Part shown: positions 23,435-25,033 of the stretch, one piece after another
How positions within the stretch are numbered: the first letter of the stretch is position 1
How the letters are laid out: each line of letters begins with the position of its first letter
IMG/VR virus record: IMGVR_UViG_3300049016_000012
Span: 1 to 25,033 of that record
DNA length: 25,033 bases
Strand: one strand, 5' to 3'
DNA from: a virus
Taxonomy: Duplodnaviria > Caudoviricetes
Made by a program: the position numbers and the translations under genes
The notes under the pieces: model-generated
Database searches by the model: none
What the model was told of the DNA's origin: nothing
Seen by the model: the letters and a program-made list of their open reading frames with translations, nothing else

Positions 23435-24033
23435 GGCTTCAGCCACTCACCGGCGCCGGTGAAGTCCTGATTCTTCATTGGCATGACAGTCACGCTCATG
23501 GAGCGCTTGCGAATGACGCTCGGACCGTCTGGCTTGTGGAAAAATCTAACGGAGTTTTCGTCGTAGTCGCCGCCTTCCCAGCGAACGAATCGAAGCGCGC
23601 GAGAAATGTACTTGGGGTCAAACGCATCAATGAGCCCTGGTAACAGGTCTTCATCAGCTGGTATAACCTTGCGCCACTGCGGGAACTCGAAATCTGACAC
23701 CGGGCTACCTGGGTGGATGTAAACGACCTGACCGGCTCGAATGATCTTTGCGGGCTGACTTATGGATTCGACAACAACTTCCGCGTCCCACAGTGACTCG
23801 GTCTGGAGTGCTTTCGCGAAGCGCGGGCTCATCTGAAGTGAGAAAGCCTCTAAGGCTGTTGCTTGGCTCCGCATAGTTGCCAAGTAGTGGCCCTGAGTCG
23901 CCACAAGAACGCAGCCGCCGTTTGATATCGGCTCGACACGAATCAATGCACACCAGAGGCGAAAGTCTGTAAAGTCCAGGAATGGCAAAAGACGTTTGAT
24001 GTCTATCGCCGGAATTGTTGCGAAAAAGCTCAT
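23431..24033 (-). CDS. DNA polymerase III beta-clamp-like protein (truncated and divergent)
   Basis: D.R....IRVEP....LVATQGHYL, FPQWRKVIP, FDPKYI and VMPMK motifs resemble DnaN domains 2-3. SD GGGAGG. Confidence 0.65.
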   Translation of the reverse strand: MSFFATIPAIDIKRLLPFLDFTDFRLWCALIRVEPISNGGCVLVATQGHYLATMRSQATALEAFSLQMSPRFAKALQTESLWDAEVVVESISQPAKIIRAGQVVYIHPGSPVSDFEFPQWRKVIPADEDLLPGLIDAFDPKYISRALRFVRWEGGDYDENSVRFFHKPDGPSVIRKRSMSVTVMPMKNQDFTGAGEWLKP

Positions 24034-24233
24034 TGAGTCACCCTCCCTTGCATATCGTTCAGATCGGCGATCAACTCCGCCCGCGCCCGCTGCACTCGCG
24101 CCCACCGCATGGGCCCGGTGTGGATCTCGCCGATCCACTGCCATGCCTGCGAGTGCTGGTTGAAGGTGCGGAGCGCGTAGCCGCGTTTGCCGGATTTGGT
24201 TTGCGTGACGGCGATGCGGATGGTGGTCGTCAT
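24030..24233 (-). CDS. Hypothetical protein
   Basis: SD GGAGG, ATGA overlaps. Confidence 0.6.
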   Translation of the reverse strand: MTTTIRIAVTQTKSGKRGYALRTFNQHSQAWQWIGEIHTGPMRWARVQRARAELIADLNDMQGRVTQ

Positions 24234-24481
24234 CCGAAAACCCTCCGAGGCGGCAAAATGGGAGCCTCTACAATTTCGACCTTCCATCCCGCTGCCTTTC
24301 TTCCGTTGGCGGCGGTCCATGGATTATCGATATGCTCCTGGGCGTACTCGCGCGAGCAGAATTCCAATCTTTCGTAGCTGTTTAACCCATTAGCCCAAGC
24401 GATCGTGTGCCCCACGCATTTTGTGAGGCCCTCAGGGCTGGTCACAGCAACCAAGAATCCTTGTTTATCTTGAGTCATCAC
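24230..24481 (-). CDS. Hypothetical protein
   Basis: SD AAGGAG, GTGATG overlap. Confidence 0.6.
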   Translation of the reverse strand: MMTQDKQGFLVAVTSPEGLTKCVGHTIAWANGLNSYERLEFCSREYAQEHIDNPWTAANGRKAAGWKVEIVEAPILPPRRVFG

Positions 24482-24771
24482 TGGCTCTCCTTCGATTCAA
24501 TCCCCGCGGCGGCGATGCGGCGGACTTGGTCTCGGGCAGCTATGACTTCGGAGCGCTCAAGGAAAGTCGTGCTCAGCTCGAAGTACGAGTCGTGCACTGC
24601 ATCCTCCGCAAACGCGACGGCTTTGGTGGCGGCGAGGGGGTCTCTCGGCCGATCAATCGCCTGAATCATCTTGTCCAAGCAGCTGATCTGGTAATCCAGC
24701 AGCTGGCGCTCCAAGCGAGACACTTCGCCGGGATGCATGATGTCGTCGATGCTGGTGAAGGACTTCTTCAT
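24478..24771 (-). CDS. Hypothetical helical protein
   Basis: SD GGAG, ATGA overlap. Confidence 0.6.
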   Translation of the reverse strand: MKKSFTSIDDIMHPGEVSRLERQLLDYQISCLDKMIQAIDRPRDPLAATKAVAFAEDAVHDSYFELSTTFLERSEVIAARDQVRRIAAAGIESKESQ

Positions 24772-25033
24772 TGCCTTGCTCCGCACTCGTAGCTGCTGAA
24801 CGGCTTGATCCCGCGAGCCTCGTTGCCGGTGACAGCAAGGCCATGCCCGAACACCGTTGCGAACTGGTAGAGCGTGCGCAGGAACCTGAATCGCTCTTTG
24901 CGCGCCACGTCTGCTTCAGCCGTCACCGTGAAGTCCACCGGCGCCTCGGCCTTGCGATCGAGATACGCGCCCAGCATCCAGTGGCCGGCGATATAGGCGG
25001 CGTTCGTGATCAGCACGCGCTCAGGAGAGGGAT
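24768..25033 (-). CDS. Hypothetical protein, 5' end probably outside the window
   Basis: Frame is open to the window edge. Stop overlaps the next ATG. Confidence 0.55.
   Translation of the reverse strand, partial: PSPERVLITNAAYIAGHWMLGAYLDRKAEAPVDFTVTAEADVARKERFRFLRTLYQFATVFGHGLAVTGNEARGIKPFSSYECGARQ

Noticed and set aside
1-25033. CRISPR array, DGR, retron, IS element or stop-codon reassignment
   Set aside because: By eye I saw no spaced repeat array, reverse transcriptase or transposase motifs. Genes are intact under the standard code with TGA-based overlaps.

Overview
The whole window is a GC-rich temperate podovirus-type phage, apparently in its excised form because an intact attP has phage genes on both sides. 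The left part (+ strand, 1-11010) is the late operon. It carries the 3' end of an SU10/DUF5309-like major capsid gene, small head and adaptor genes, a tail nozzle, three DNA-ejection proteins and a tail fibre with a peptidase S74 chaperone. It ends in a lysis cassette: a T4-like lysozyme, a GTA-type 3TM holin, two single-TM proteins, an unannotated 34-aa amphipathic cationic peptide, and no recognisable intact spanin pair. The middle (- strand, 10985-13220) is a self-contained accessory operon with its own sigma70-like promoter, an inverted-repeat operator, repeated intergenic hairpins and a ribbon-helix-helix-like gene. Next come attP (3' half of tRNA-Gly GCC with arm-type repeats), a lambda-family integrase and an excisionase. 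The right part (- strand, 14850-25033) is a tightly coupled early operon of small genes, including a TGT/DpdA-like protein coupled to a DUF6378-like gene, several Zn-finger proteins, Gp157, a RecT-like annealase and a beta-clamp-like protein. The best candidates for new biology are the disruptin-like lysis peptide with a lipoprotein relic, the TGT-like plus DUF6378 module, and the autoregulated accessory operon with an ORF spanning attP. Family calls come from motif recognition only; no database searches were run.
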